A stretch of DNA of 64,000 nucleotides from an uncultured Verrucomicrobiae bacterium (GTDB lineage Bacteria > Verrucomicrobiota > Verrucomicrobiia > Chthoniobacterales > UBA10450), in assembly GCA_963772365.1 (NCBI GenBank), contig CAVYXA010000004.1:32001-96000 (forward strand), given 5' to 3'. Within the stretch, counting starts at the first letter, position 1, and each line of letters opens with the position of its first letter. This document shows positions 1 through 10,799 of this stretch, piece after piece. The notes below the pieces were generated by a model. That model did no database searches. It was not told where the DNA came from and saw only the letters and a list, made by a program, of their open reading frames with translations. A program made the translations under genes and the position numbers.

Positions 1-2
1 TC

Positions 3-1532
3 ATTTGTACGCCGACCAAAGAGGAAGCCGGACCGACTAATAATTGGTCTGCGCCGGATGAGACCTACACCAAGCTGCATGTTTTGCTCAAAGACGCGAT
101 GCGCGGGCGCACCATGTTCGTCATCCCCTACATCATGGGCGCACCCGATTCGCCGCTCACCAAGGTTGGGTTCGAAATCACGGATTCCATTTATGTCGTG
201 CTCAGTATGCGGATCATGACCCGCATGGGCAAGATCGCGCTCGAGCGCCTCGGCAGCGATCAAAAGGCGGAATGGAATCGCGGCGTACATTCACTCCTCG
301 ATGTCGATCCTGCTCGCCGGTTCATCTGTCATTTCCCGCAGGACAACGCCATCATCTCGGTCGGCTCCGGTTATGGCGGCAATGTTTTATTGAGCAAGAA
401 ATGCCTGGCGCTGCGAATCGGATCGTATCTGGCGCGGAAACAAGGGTGGATGGCGGAACACATGTTAATTCTGGGAGTCGAATCACCCGATGGAAAAAAA
501 CATTATGTGGCCGCCGCATTTCCCAGTGCCTGCGGCAAGACCAATTTCGCGATGCTCATTCCGCCCGCGCACTTCAAAGGCTGGAAAGTCACAACGGTCG
601 GCGACGACATAGCCTGGATGCAAATTCGCAATGGCCGGCTTTGCGCGGTCAATCCCGAGAACGGATATTTCGGCGTCGTGCCGGGCACGAATTGCAAGTC
701 GAATCCGAATGCGATGGAAACGATCTCCCACGATTCCATTTATACGAACGTCGCTCTGACAGATGACGGCGACGTTTGGTGGGAGGGAAAGGACGGCGCG
801 CCGCCTGCGCATGCCAAAGACTGGCGGGGTAACGATTGGACGCCTGCCTCGAAAGAAAAATCTGCACATCCAAATTCGCGGTTCACCACACCCGTGGCAA
901 ACAATCCCGTGTTAGATCCTGATTTCGACAAAGGCGAAGGCGTGCCGATCAGTGCGATCATATTCGGCGGTCGCCGGAGCACGACCGTGCCGCTGGTTTA
1001 TCAAGCGTTAGATTGGAACCATGGCGTTTATCTCGGTGCGACCATGGCTTCGGAAACCACGGCCGCCGCCACTGGGGCGGTTGGCCAGGTCCGCCGCGAT
1101 CCCATGGCGATGTTGCCGTTTTGCGGATACAACATTGGCGATTATTTCCAACATTGGATCGACATCGGGAAACGTTTAACAAATCCGCCGCTCATCTTTA
1201 ACGTAAATTGGTTCCGCAAAGGCGTGAAAGGACAGTTCCTTTGGCCCGGTTTCGGCGAAAACATGCGAGTGCTCGAATGGATCATCGATCGATGCGAAGA
1301 CCGTGGCGGCGCCGTCAAATCCCCGATTGGCTGGTTACCGAGCCCGCATGATCTCGACCTGGACGGACTGGACATCGATCATAAATGCGTTGCCGAAATT
1401 CTCGGGATCGATCACGAAGAATGGCAGCGCGAGCTCGACCAGCACAAAAAGTTTTTCGATTCGCTCGGCGGTGTTGTGCCGGAAGAGCTGCACAAACAGT
1501 GCGAGCAACTGGCCGCGCGATTTAAGGCATAG
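3..1532 (+). CDS. pckG: Phosphoenolpyruvate carboxykinase (GTP), 5'-truncated by the window edge
   Basis: Motifs SGYGGNVLLSKKC, AAFPSACGKTN, VGDDIAW, NPENGYFGV, AHPNSRF, RRDPMAMLPFCGY. The frame is open from base 3 (ICTPTKEEAGPTNNW). Confidence 0.96.
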   Translation: MCTPTKEEAGPTNNWSAPDETYTKLHVLLKDAMRGRTMFVIPYIMGAPDSPLTKVGFEITDSIYVVLSMRIMTRMGKIALERLGSDQKAEWNRGVHSLLDVDPARRFICHFPQDNAIISVGSGYGGNVLLSKKCLALRIGSYLARKQGWMAEHMLILGVESPDGKKHYVAAAFPSACGKTNFAMLIPPAHFKGWKVTTVGDDIAWMQIRNGRLCAVNPENGYFGVVPGTNCKSNPNAMETISHDSIYTNVALTDDGDVWWEGKDGAPPAHAKDWRGNDWTPASKEKSAHPNSRFTTPVANNPVLDPDFDKGEGVPISAIIFGGRRSTTVPLVYQALDWNHGVYLGATMASETTAAATGAVGQVRRDPMAMLPFCGYNIGDYFQHWIDIGKRLTNPPLIFNVNWFRKGVKGQFLWPGFGENMRVLEWIIDRCEDRGGAVKSPIGWLPSPHDLDLDGLDIDHKCVAEILGIDHEEWQRELDQHKKFFDSLGGVVPEELHKQCEQLAARFKA

Positions 1533-1582
1533 AATGCTTGAGCTAAATTTGCGAATCAGATCGCCTTCTGAAATAATCATTA

Positions 1583-4500
1583 GTGGGTTCGAAGGCTCGC
1601 GGAAAAGAATGTGTTACTGCGCCGTTTGAGACGGGCTGCGTAGAGGTTCGTGGCGCGCGTCAGAACAATCTGAAGGGGATCAATGTCGATCTTCCGCTGG
1701 GGAGATTGACCGTCGTTACCGGCCCGAGCGGTTCCGGAAAATCGAGTCTCGCCTTCGAAACGATTTACGCCGAGGGCCAGCGCCGTTACGTCGAAACGTT
1801 CAGCCCGTACATGCGGCAATTCCTCGATCGCATGGATAAGCCGCGCGTGGACGACATCCGTGGCATCCCGCCAGCAATCGCCATTGAGCAGTCGAACCCT
1901 GTCAAGACATCGCGCTCGACGGTCGGCACGATGACGGAGATCAACGATTATGTAAAGCTGTTCTGGCCGCGCGTGGCTAAGGCGTTTTGCCCAAGCTGCG
2001 GTCGCGAAATCCGCCCGGAGACGGCGAGATCGATCGCGGATGAAATCTTTCGCGTGTTCGGAAGCGACCCTCAACTCAATCCTCTCCGTGGCCAGGGAGA
2101 GGAAGTCGCGAAGCGACAGGTCAGGATTGAATCGAACGCTCTGCCCGGGACCGTGCTTATCACCTTCTGGGTCTCAGTTCCCGCAAAAACTGAACCGAAG
2201 AAATTCTTCGGATTTCTCCAGCAGCAAGGTTATCTGCGCGTCTGGATCGACGACCAAATCGTCCGGGTAGATGTCGAGCCAAAGAAGACGCTGCGGCTCG
2301 GCGCGCGGGTTCAGGTCGTTCAGGATCGGATCGCGATCACAGCTGAAAATCGCGCACGTCTCATCGAAGCGATCGAGACTGCGCTTCGGTTTGGTAAGGG
2401 AAAGCTCAATGTAATTCCGCTCGGTTCTGCTCCTCATCCCTCATCCCTCATCCCTTATCCTTTCTCGACCGGCTGGCATTGCGCGCATTGCGATCTGGAT
2501 ATCCGTCCGCCGACTCCCGGTCTGTTCAGCTTTAACAATCCGCTTGGCGCGTGTCCCGAATGTCGCGGATTCGGTAGAACGATTACGATCGACCTGAACA
2601 AAGCGATCCCGGATCGCTCTTTGTCAATCAAACAAGGCGCAGTCCGCGTTTTTCGCGGTAACGAATTTGGCGAATCGCAAAAAGATTTGCTCCGGGCCTG
2701 CGCGCGAGAAGAGATCGATGTCTATCTTCCCTTCGAGGAATTACCCAAGGCAGATCAAACTTTCGTGATCGAAGGGGAAAAGCGCTCCGGTGAATATACC
2801 GACGAAGATTACGAGAACGACCGCTGGTACGGGGTGCGCGGTTTTTTCCGCTGGCTCGAAGCGCAGACCTATAAGATGCACATGCGAGTCTTGCTTAGCC
2901 GCTATCGGGCTTACACGACATGCCCAAGCTGCAACGGCGGACGGTTTCAACCGGATGCGCTCAATTACAAACTCGCCGCTGTAGCGGCGGTCTATGGCCG
3001 TCGCAAACTTTCCTCTGAAGACGGAGACGCTCATAAAGCGCCGCTACAGCTAGCTCTTCCCGACTTTACAGCGCTTTCGATCTCTGATGCGCAGGATTTC
3101 TTGGCGAAGATCGACATCAACCATAGCGATTCGACCGCGCAAATGCTGCACGGTGAGATTTGCGCACGGTTGAATTACTTGTGCGAAGTCGGTGTCGGTT
3201 ATCTCACGCTAGATCGATCCACCCGCACATTGAGTGGCGGCGAAGTGCAACGGGTCAATCTGACAACCTGTCTCGGCGCCTCGTTGGTCAACACGCTTTT
3301 CGTCATGGATGAACCGAGCGTGGGATTGCATCCGCGCGATGTTGGTCGGCTCGTCCGCGTGATGCACAATTTACGAGACAAAGGCAACACACTGCTGGTA
3401 GTCGAACACGAAGAGCAGATCATCCGAGCGGCCGATAACTTGATCGACATCGGCCCGGGTCGCGGGGAACGCGGGGGCGAATTGGTTTACACTGGAACGT
3501 TGGATGAATTTGTAGGGCAGGCGCTCCGCCTGCCGAACTTAAGAATGGCAAGCGATGCGCTTGCTCTACAATCGCGTTCGCTCACGGCCGATTATTTGAG
3601 CGGTCGCAAATCGATTCCCGTTCCGAAGAAACGGCGGAGATCGAAATCGTCGATCAAGATCGCCGGCGCGCCGAGCACAATCTCAAGAACATCGAGGTCG
3701 ACCTTCCGTTAGGCATTTTCACCTGTGTGACTGGCGTGTCGGGCTCCGGAAAATCGACACTGATCCACGATGTGCTTTATCGAAATCTGCTCATCGCCAA
3801 GGGCCAAACGTCCGACCAGCAAGCCGGCGCCTGCAAATCGGTGACCGGCGCGCATCGGATCGATGAACTCATCATGGTCGATCAATCTCCGCTGGCCCGC
3901 ACGCCGCGTTCGACTCCGATTCTTTATCTCGGTCTTTACGATCGGGTCCGCGAATTATTCGCCACCCAACCGGAAGCGATGGCCCAGGGACTTACCGCCA
4001 GCGCGTTCTCATTCAATTCTGGCGGCGGGCGTTGCGAACGTTGTTCCGGCACCGGCTTCGAAAAGATCGAGATGCAATTCCTGAGCGATCTCTATGTGCG
4101 TTGCGCGGAGTGTGAAGGCAAACGATTCCAGCCCCATGTGCTGAAAGTGAAACTGCACGGCAAATCGATTCACAACGTGCTGGAACTTACCGTCACCGAA
4201 GCTATTCAGTTCTTTGCCCAAATCGGCGAACTGAAAACGCTATCCGAGCCGCTCGATGTGCTCGAGGAGGTAGGACTCGGTTATCTCAAATTGGGGCAAC
4301 CTCTCAACACTTTGAGCGGCGGCGAATCGCAGCGATTGAAGCTGGTGCGGCATCTCTCAGAAAACGCCGAGCACCCAACGCCTAACGTGGAACGCGGAAA
4401 CGGAGAAGGAATTGGCAATCTGTTTATCTTCGACGAACCAACGACCGGTTTGCATTTTGATGATGTCGCGATGTTGCTGAAACTATTTCAGCGCTTGGTG

Positions 4501-7476
4501 GATGCCGGGCATTCCATCGTCGTAATCGAACACAATCTGGAAGTGATTAAATGCGCGGATTGGATCATCGATCTTGGACCCGAGGCTGGCGATGACGGCG
4601 GCGATGTCGTGGCGACAGGCACACCGGAGCAAGTAGCGAAGATCGAGAAGTCGCATACCGGAAGATTTCTTAACCGTGTCATCTCGAGCGAAGCGAAGCG
4701 CAGTCGAGAGATCCCGCAACGATATCAAACCGTTACTGCCCCGGGATCACCGGGCTTCGGTCAGAATGACAACATTGAATTTGCCCGAGCGGCGGAAATA
4801 TCGCCGCGTTTCCAGGCGAATGGCTCGACAGGGGCGATCGCGATTCACGGGGCGCGCGAGCACAACCTGAAAAACATCGACATCAAAATCCCGCGCGATC
4901 AGATGGTCGTGATCACGGGTTTGAGTGGCTCCGGTAAATCGACGCTCGCGTTTGACATCTTGTTAGCCGAAGGACAGCGCCGCTTTCTGGACAGCATGTC
5001 GCCTTATGCGCGTCAGTTTGTCGAACAACTCGAGAAACCCGATGTCGATCTTGTTGAGGGCTTACCACCCAGCGTCGCGATCGAACAGCGCGTCACCCGC
5101 GGTGGTGGGAAATCAACCGTGGCTACGGTGACGGAAGTTTATCATTTCCTCCGATTGTTGTTTGCCAAGACGGGGACACAGTTTTGTCCCGACTGCGATT
5201 TGCCGGTCGAAAAACAAAGCCTGGCTGCGATCGTGAGGCAGGTGGAGACGGCGGTCCGGCGGCGGCCGGACGGGCCGCTGAAAGTGCTTGCGCCGTTGGT
5301 CAAGGCTCGCAAAGGTTTTCACACCGACGTGGCGCGTTGGGCGGAGAGACAGGGATTCGATACGCTGTATGTCGATGGTACGCTGCTGCCCGTCACGCAG
5401 TTTCGGAAGCTCGAGCGATTCAAGGAGCACACCATTGATGTCGTCGTTGGCGTTATCGATGCCAAACGAATTTTGAAATCGCGCAATCTGACGCAGCGCG
5501 CGCTCGATATCGGTCGCGGCACGGCGCACCTGCTGGATGCGAAAAATCGCCTCACGGTGATGAGCACGGAGATGAGCTGTCCCGGATGCGGGCGGGCGTT
5601 TGAAGAACTCGATCCGCGTTTGTTCTCGTTCAACTCGCCTCACGGCGCGTGCGAAGAGTGTGGCGGGTTTGGCGAAATTTGGAACCAGGATTTGCAGACG
5701 GGCCAAAGCGACGATGGTGAATCCGCTCTCGAGAATGAGCTAGTGGCCGAGCGCGAATCGGAATGGATCGACGAAGAAGAAGCGCGCGAGTGCCCGAGCT
5801 GTCACGGCTCGCGCTTGAACGAAGTTGCTCGCCATGTGCGGGTGCAGGGATGCACTATCGACGATTTCACAAATCTTTCGGCCAGCGAAGCTGCGCGTAA
5901 GATCGACAAGCTGAAATTTCACGGAACACAAAAAACTATCGCATCGGAATTATTGCCGGAAATTCGGCAAAGGCTGCGATTCATGGAAAACGTCGGGCTC
6001 GGTTATCTCGCGCTGGGGCGATCGGCCAAGACCTTGAGCGGCGGCGAATCGCAACGCATCCGTCTGGCTGCGCAGCTTGGGTCGAATCTGCGCGGTGTAC
6101 TTTACGTGCTCGATGAACCCACGATCGGTCTGCATCCACGAGACAATCTGCGCTTGCTCGAAACGCTCATCGCGTTGCGAAAAAAGGGAAACTCGCTTGT
6201 GATTGTCGAGCACGACGAAGAAACAATGCGGCGCGCCGATCACATTGTCGATCTTGGGCCGCGGGCGGGAATCCATGGCGGCGAGGTCGTAGTGAGCGGA
6301 ACGTTGCGAGACATCGAGCGGGCGAAAAATTCCGAGACCGGGCGCTGTTTGAAAACGCCGCTTTGTCATCCAATTCGCAAATCGCGACGGTCGCTGCGCA
6401 CGGTCGAGAACTGGATCGAGATTCGAAAGGCGCGCGTCAATAATCTGAAAGATGTTGATGTTCGGTTCCCAGTGGGACGCTTATCGGTCATTACCGGAAT
6501 TTCCGGCTCCGGGAAATCGACTTTGATGCACGATGTGATCTGGCCCGCTGTGCGCGATGAATTGGAAGCGAAAAAGCGCGGCGGCAATGGCGACTTGTTC
6601 AAACTTGTCAGCGGCGCGACCGAGATCGAAGCCGTTTACGAAGTCGATCAATCGCCCATCGGCAAAACGTCGCGCTCGACCCCGGGCACGTACATCAAAG
6701 TGTTCGATGAGATTCGAAACCTTTACGCTCAACTCCCTGTCTCGCGCGTCCGCGGTTATTCAGCCAGCCGCTTTTCGTTTAATGCCGAAGGCGGCCGTTG
6801 CGAAGCGTGCAAAGGGCAGGGCGTGATCAAGCTGGAGATGAATTTTCTGCCGAATGCGCTGGTGCCGTGTGAGGAATGCGGCGGGCGCCGCTACAATCCG
6901 CAAACGCTCGAAGTTCTCTACAACGAAAAATCGATTGGTGACGTAATGGAGATGACGATTGAAGAAGCGGCGCAATTTTTCTCGGCGCATCCAAAGATTG
7001 CGCGGTCGCTCGATTTGTTAGTCGAAACCGGTCTTGGTTATCTCAAGCTCGGCCAACCGAGCCCGACCTTGAGCGGTGGTGAAGCGCAGCGCCTCAAGTT
7101 GGTCACACAGCTCAAACGCGGAGTGAATCGCGCCGCCAACGAGCGGATCCGGAAAATGCGGAAACCGGGATCGACATTATATTTGCTGGAGGAACCAACC
7201 ATCGGCCTTCACATGGCCGACGTGGAATTATTGCTCAACGTGTTGCATCGCCTCGTCGATGAAGGGAACACCGTAATCGTGATCGAGCACAATCTCAGCG
7301 TGATCGCCGAGGCTGATTACATTGTCGATCTTGGACCGGAAGCGGGAGCAGAGGGCGGCGAAATCGTCGCAACGGGCACGCCGGAAGAAGTGTCCAAAAA
7401 TCGAATCAGCCGCACAGCACCGTTCTTGCGAGAAATCTTGAAATCATCACGCACCAAAACAGCGGTGTCATCCTGA
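1583..7476 (+). CDS. uvrA: Double-length (tandem-fused) excinuclease ABC subunit A, split by a single-base frameshift near 3670
   Basis: Four Walker A segments (GPSGSGKS, GVSGSGKS, GLSGSGKS, GISGSGKS), four LSGGE signatures and CxxC zinc fingers. At 3662-3730 a frame change restores A-x-EHNLKNIEVDLPLGIFTCVTGVSGSGKS, joining ORFs 1583..3712 and 3727..7476. Confidence 0.93.
2067..2127. repeat. Palindromic repeat family A, copy inside uvrA
   Basis: accctcaactcaatcctctccgtggccagggagagg...; aligns with 9337-9396 and 27194-27253. Confidence 0.85.
2432..2459 (+). repeat. Heptamer tandem repeat (CCTCATC)x3 + CCTTATC inside uvrA
   Basis: Read directly; encodes PHPSSLIPYP. Confidence 0.85.
2978..3050. 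repeat. GTAG-type REP-like palindrome inside uvrA
   Basis: 12-bp terminal inverted repeat gctgtagcggcg / cgccgctacagc. Confidence 0.85.
3510..3571. repeat. GTAG-type REP-like palindrome inside uvrA
   Basis: ttgtagggca...tgctctacaa; first 25 nt identical to the minus-strand copy inside pqqB (36715-36739). Confidence 0.88.
4363..4397 (+). repeat. Degenerate heptamer repeat (AACGYNN)x5 inside uvrA
   Basis: aacgccg agcaccc aacgcct aacgtgg aacgcgg. Confidence 0.65.
4677..4771. repeat. GTCAT...ATGAC palindromic element (family C) inside the uvrA linker
   Basis: tgtcatctcgagcgaagcgaagcgcagtcgagagatccc...agaatgaca; matches copies at 7467, 19450 and 58092. Confidence 0.85.
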
Positions 7477-7558
7477 GCGAAGCGAAGCGGAGTCGAAGGA
7501 TCCCGCGAAACCGCGATGGAGCTTTGCCACGGGATTCCTCGACTTCACTCGGAATGAC
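7467..7558. repeat. GTCAT...ATGAC element (family C), supplying the uvrA stop codon
   Basis: gtcatcctgagcgaagcgaagcggagtcgaaggatccc...gggattcctcgacttcactcggaatgac. Confidence 0.9.
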
Positions 7559-7573
7559 GGCGAAGATTTCGCC

Positions 7574-8512
7574 GTGTTCGCCTATTACATCCACGATCTC
7601 GACCCGATCATTTTCCGGATTTACGACAACGTCGGGCCACGTTGGTATGGGCTGGCTTACGTGCTGGCGTTCATCTGCGGCTACGTTTTGCTGCGCGTGC
7701 TGTCGAAAATGGGCTACGCAGATTTGCCGGTCGCGAAGGTCGGCGATTTCATCACCGGTTGCGCGCTCTTCGGCGTGATCATCGGCGGCCGGCTTGGTTA
7801 CGTTTTTTTCTACCGGCCGGAAATGCTGCGCGAGCCGTTGTCGATCCTGAAAGTCTGGGAAGGCGGGATGTCCGCACATGGCGGAATGATCGGCGTGTTG
7901 CTGTTCGCACTCTACTTTGCGCACCGCCAAAAGATTTCGTGGCTGAATCTCGGCGATAATCTCGTGGTGACCGCCCCCCTCGGTTTGTTCTTTGGCAGGT
8001 GCGCGAATTTCATCAACGGCGAACTTTACGGTCGGGCCGCAACTGTTCCGTGGGCAATGCAATTTCCCAAGGAACTTCTCGATCATCCGACGGAAGCCAA
8101 CCGCGCGATTTCCGCTGCGATGAAAATTGATCCGACGCTGAGCACGCCGGAAGCCGTCATCGTAGCCATTCATCGGCAACCGCAGCTGAAAGAAGCATTG
8201 CGCTCCATTCTGACTCCGCGCCATCCATCGCAGCTCTATGAAGCTTTCTTTGAAGGCATCGTTCTGTTCGCGATCCTCTGGCTCGTTCGGACGCGAACAC
8301 ATCAACCGAACGGCGTTCTGACCGGCTTATTTTTTATCTGTTACGCTGTTTTCCGGATCGTGATCGAATATTTCCGGGAACCGGATGCAGCATTGATTGC
8401 TGGTTTCACGCGCGGACAATTCTTTTCGTTTTTTCTAATCGCGATCGGGACCGCATTTATTGTAGCAGCCAAAACGCGACCCACATTTCTGAAGAAATTG
8501 ATTCCGGATTAG
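7574..8512 (+). CDS. lgt: Prolipoprotein diacylglyceryl transferase
   Basis: RWYGLAY, IGGRLGYV, GGMSAHGG, GRCANFINGELYGR, HPSQLYE, EYFREPD. Confidence 0.96.
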   Translation: MFAYYIHDLDPIIFRIYDNVGPRWYGLAYVLAFICGYVLLRVLSKMGYADLPVAKVGDFITGCALFGVIIGGRLGYVFFYRPEMLREPLSILKVWEGGMSAHGGMIGVLLFALYFAHRQKISWLNLGDNLVVTAPLGLFFGRCANFINGELYGRAATVPWAMQFPKELLDHPTEANRAISAAMKIDPTLSTPEAVIVAIHRQPQLKEALRSILTPRHPSQLYEAFFEGIVLFAILWLVRTRTHQPNGVLTGLFFICYAVFRIVIEYFREPDAALIAGFTRGQFFSFFLIAIGTAFIVAAKTRPTFLKKLIPD

Positions 8513-8557
8513 ACATTCGTCATTCGTCCTTTATTAGTGTTCGCGGGTGATGCGCGA

Positions 8558-9313
8558 ATGTTCCTTCCAGAAATCGTAGCAGCAGGGGGCCTGCTCTTCG
8601 CATTCGATCACGCGACGATCGCAGGGAAGCTGGTTCTTCTGCTTCTGGCGATCGGGTCGATCTTTAGCTGGTCGGTCATGATCACGAAGTTGCGCGTGGT
8701 CCAGTTTGCCCGAAAACAAAACGCCCGGTTTCGTGGTGCGTTTCGACAGGATCGACAACCACTGCGGTTATTCGAAAAAAATGCGCGCTTTCCCGGCTCA
8801 CCCAATTTCAATGTTTACCGGGCTGGCTGCCAGGAAATGACGTTTCACTTGCTCGGCTCCGCCGAAGTGGACGAAACATTTAAAGCCCGTTTGGAAATCG
8901 CCGATAAAATTTCGCCCGCGCAAATGAACGCGGTCACAGCGGCAATGGAACGCGCCGTGGGCGAAACAGCGATCGCCCTCGAGTCGCAAATGATTCTTTT
9001 GGCGACGGCGGTGAGCGGCTCTCCATTTCTGGGATTGTTAGGCACCGTGTGGGGAGTGATGGATGCATTCACCGGCGTGGCCGTGGCGGGTTCGCCGAAT
9101 CTCGCTGCCATGGCTCCCGGGGTTTCCGGCGCACTTATCACCACCGTCACCGCCCTCTGCGTGGCAATCCCCGCAATGTTCGGTTACAATTTTCTCGTCA
9201 CCAGCATACGCGCGATCATTGTGGAGATGGATAATTTCGCGGCCGAGCTCGCCTCGGAGTTTGAGCACAAATATGTCGATCACGGCGCGCGCGAGCCCGC
9301 CTTCCGCAGATGA
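8558..9313 (+). CDS. tolQ: MotA/TolQ/ExbB proton channel protein
   Basis: SPFLGLLGTVWGVM, MAPGVSGALITT...VAIPA; first gene of a tol-like operon. Alternative GTG start at 8537. Confidence 0.85.
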   Translation: MFLPEIVAAGGLLFAFDHATIAGKLVLLLLAIGSIFSWSVMITKLRVVQFARKQNARFRGAFRQDRQPLRLFEKNARFPGSPNFNVYRAGCQEMTFHLLGSAEVDETFKARLEIADKISPAQMNAVTAAMERAVGETAIALESQMILLATAVSGSPFLGLLGTVWGVMDAFTGVAVAGSPNLAAMAPGVSGALITTVTALCVAIPAMFGYNFLVTSIRAIIVEMDNFAAELASEFEHKYVDHGAREPAFRR

Positions 9314-9336
9314 GCATCCTGATACTAACGGTAGCG

Positions 9337-9396
9337 ACCCTCACCTCAGTCCTCTCCCTGGCCAGGGAGAGGCGGACGCGAAGCGCCGGTGAGGGT
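9337..9396. repeat. Palindromic repeat family A, 60-bp intergenic copy
   Basis: Terminal inverted repeat ACCCTCACC/GGTGAGGGT, with internal hairpin cctctccctgg/ccagggagagg. Confidence 0.9.
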
Positions 9397-9407
9397 GGAC
9401 CAGCACG

Positions 9408-9824
9408 ATGAGACGCTATTCACAGCGTCAGGGATTATCATCGCTCAGCGAGATCAACATCACGCCGTTGCTCGATCTGGCGTTTGTGCTGTTGATCATT
9501 TTCATGATCACCACACCGCTGCTCGAGAGCAGCATGAATCTCATCATTCCATCGAGCACTCAGCAAAATCCGACGATCAAATCTCCGGAAGTGCAGACGA
9601 TCTCGATCGATCGGGCCGAGAAGATCACGTTCAACGATCAGATTGTCGATCTTCCGACGCTCACAGCTCAATTGGTCCAACTGAAGCAGACGAATCCTGA
9701 CGTGGCTGTGGTGATTCGACCGGATCGGGACTTGCCAGTGCAGAAATTGATCGCATTGATGGACGCGTTGCAAAGCGCGCAAATCACGAAAGTAGGCATC
9801 GCCACCAAAGCTGGATCGAAATAA
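9408..9824 (+). CDS. tolR: ExbD/TolR biopolymer transport protein
   Basis: SEINITPLLDLAFVLLIIFMITTP motif. Confidence 0.88.
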   Translation: MRRYSQRQGLSSLSEINITPLLDLAFVLLIIFMITTPLLESSMNLIIPSSTQQNPTIKSPEVQTISIDRAEKITFNDQIVDLPTLTAQLVQLKQTNPDVAVVIRPDRDLPVQKLIALMDALQSAQITKVGIATKAGSK

Positions 9825-9827
9825 CCG

Positions 9828-10799
9828 ATGGCGAACAAGGCGCGGTTCTGGCGGAATCTCATTCTTATTGGTCTCGCGCACGTAGCGCTAATCATTGGGC
9901 TGATTCGTTGGAGTCGGGAACCAAAGATTGCAACGAGCCAAAGCGTCGTTTGGCTCAACGGCGGTGGCGCAGGCGATGGCAATGTTGCCAACGTTAAGAG
10001 TGCTCCAGCGCCGGAGATGGCGGTCGTCCCGACGCCTGAACCGAACCCGGTAGAAAAACTTGAAGAGGACCGCCCAACACTCGTTTCCGCCAAGAGCGAA
10101 ATCCAATTGCCTACCGCTACACCAAAACCGACTCCTAAACCGACGCCCAAGCCAACTCCGAAGGTCACGCTCAAGCCCGAAGTAAAGGAAACGCCAAAAC
10201 CAAAACCGAAACCGAAACATAAGCCAACACCCAAACCAAAACCAAAGGAGAAGAAAAAGACTGTTGTGGCAAAAGCTTCTCCTAAACCGACTCCCAAAAA
10301 GAAAGCGACTCCCGAGAAGTCAGATGACGAGGAGGAAAAGCAAGACGTCGATGCTGAGAAAAAGCGGATCGCCATGGCGGCGCTGGGAAAAAGTGACGCG
10401 AGTGAAGATGAAAAGCCGAAGAAAGCGACTGCTGCGAACAGCGGCTCCGGCAAAGGAACATCATCCGGCGCTGGCCGTCACAGTGGCGGCGCGGGCGCAG
10501 CCTCGCAATTCGGTTGGTACGGCGAGATGTTGCACGATCGTTTTCACAGCGAATGGATTCAGCCCACTACTGAAGTTTCGGCAGGCGAAAAAATTTCCGT
10601 GCTGGTGAAGATTCGAATTGAGAAAGATGGAACTGTTTCGCAATTTGAGATTATCAAGCCTTCCGGGAATGCAACGGTGGATGGATCCGTGGCAGCCGTT
10701 ACGAAGCGCGTGACACAAGTCGATCCTCTGCCCGACGGGCTCGGAAGCGACGGGCATTACGACGTACGAATCAACTTCGAACTCAATTCCGAACAATGA
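9828..10799 (+). CDS. TolA/TonB-family energy transducer
   Basis: N-terminal transmembrane segment containing His, Pro/Lys-rich linker, TonB_C-like C-terminus (IRIEKDG...SGNATVDGS). Confidence 0.8.
   Translation: MANKARFWRNLILIGLAHVALIIGLIRWSREPKIATSQSVVWLNGGGAGDGNVANVKSAPAPEMAVVPTPEPNPVEKLEEDRPTLVSAKSEIQLPTATPKPTPKPTPKPTPKVTLKPEVKETPKPKPKPKHKPTPKPKPKEKKKTVVAKASPKPTPKKKATPEKSDDEEEKQDVDAEKKRIAMAALGKSDASEDEKPKKATAANSGSGKGTSSGAGRHSGGAGAASQFGWYGEMLHDRFHSEWIQPTTEVSAGEKISVLVKIRIEKDGTVSQFEIIKPSGNATVDGSVAAVTKRVTQVDPLPDGLGSDGHYDVRINFELNSEQ

Noticed and set aside
3660..3730. Programmed ribosomal frameshift in uvrA
   Set aside because: No slippery sequence; one missing base in a GC-rich run explains it, and similar indels occur at 55-58 kb.
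10115..10300. Tandem repeat DNA in the TolA/TonB gene
   Set aside because: Ordinary Pro-Lys/Thr low-complexity linker.
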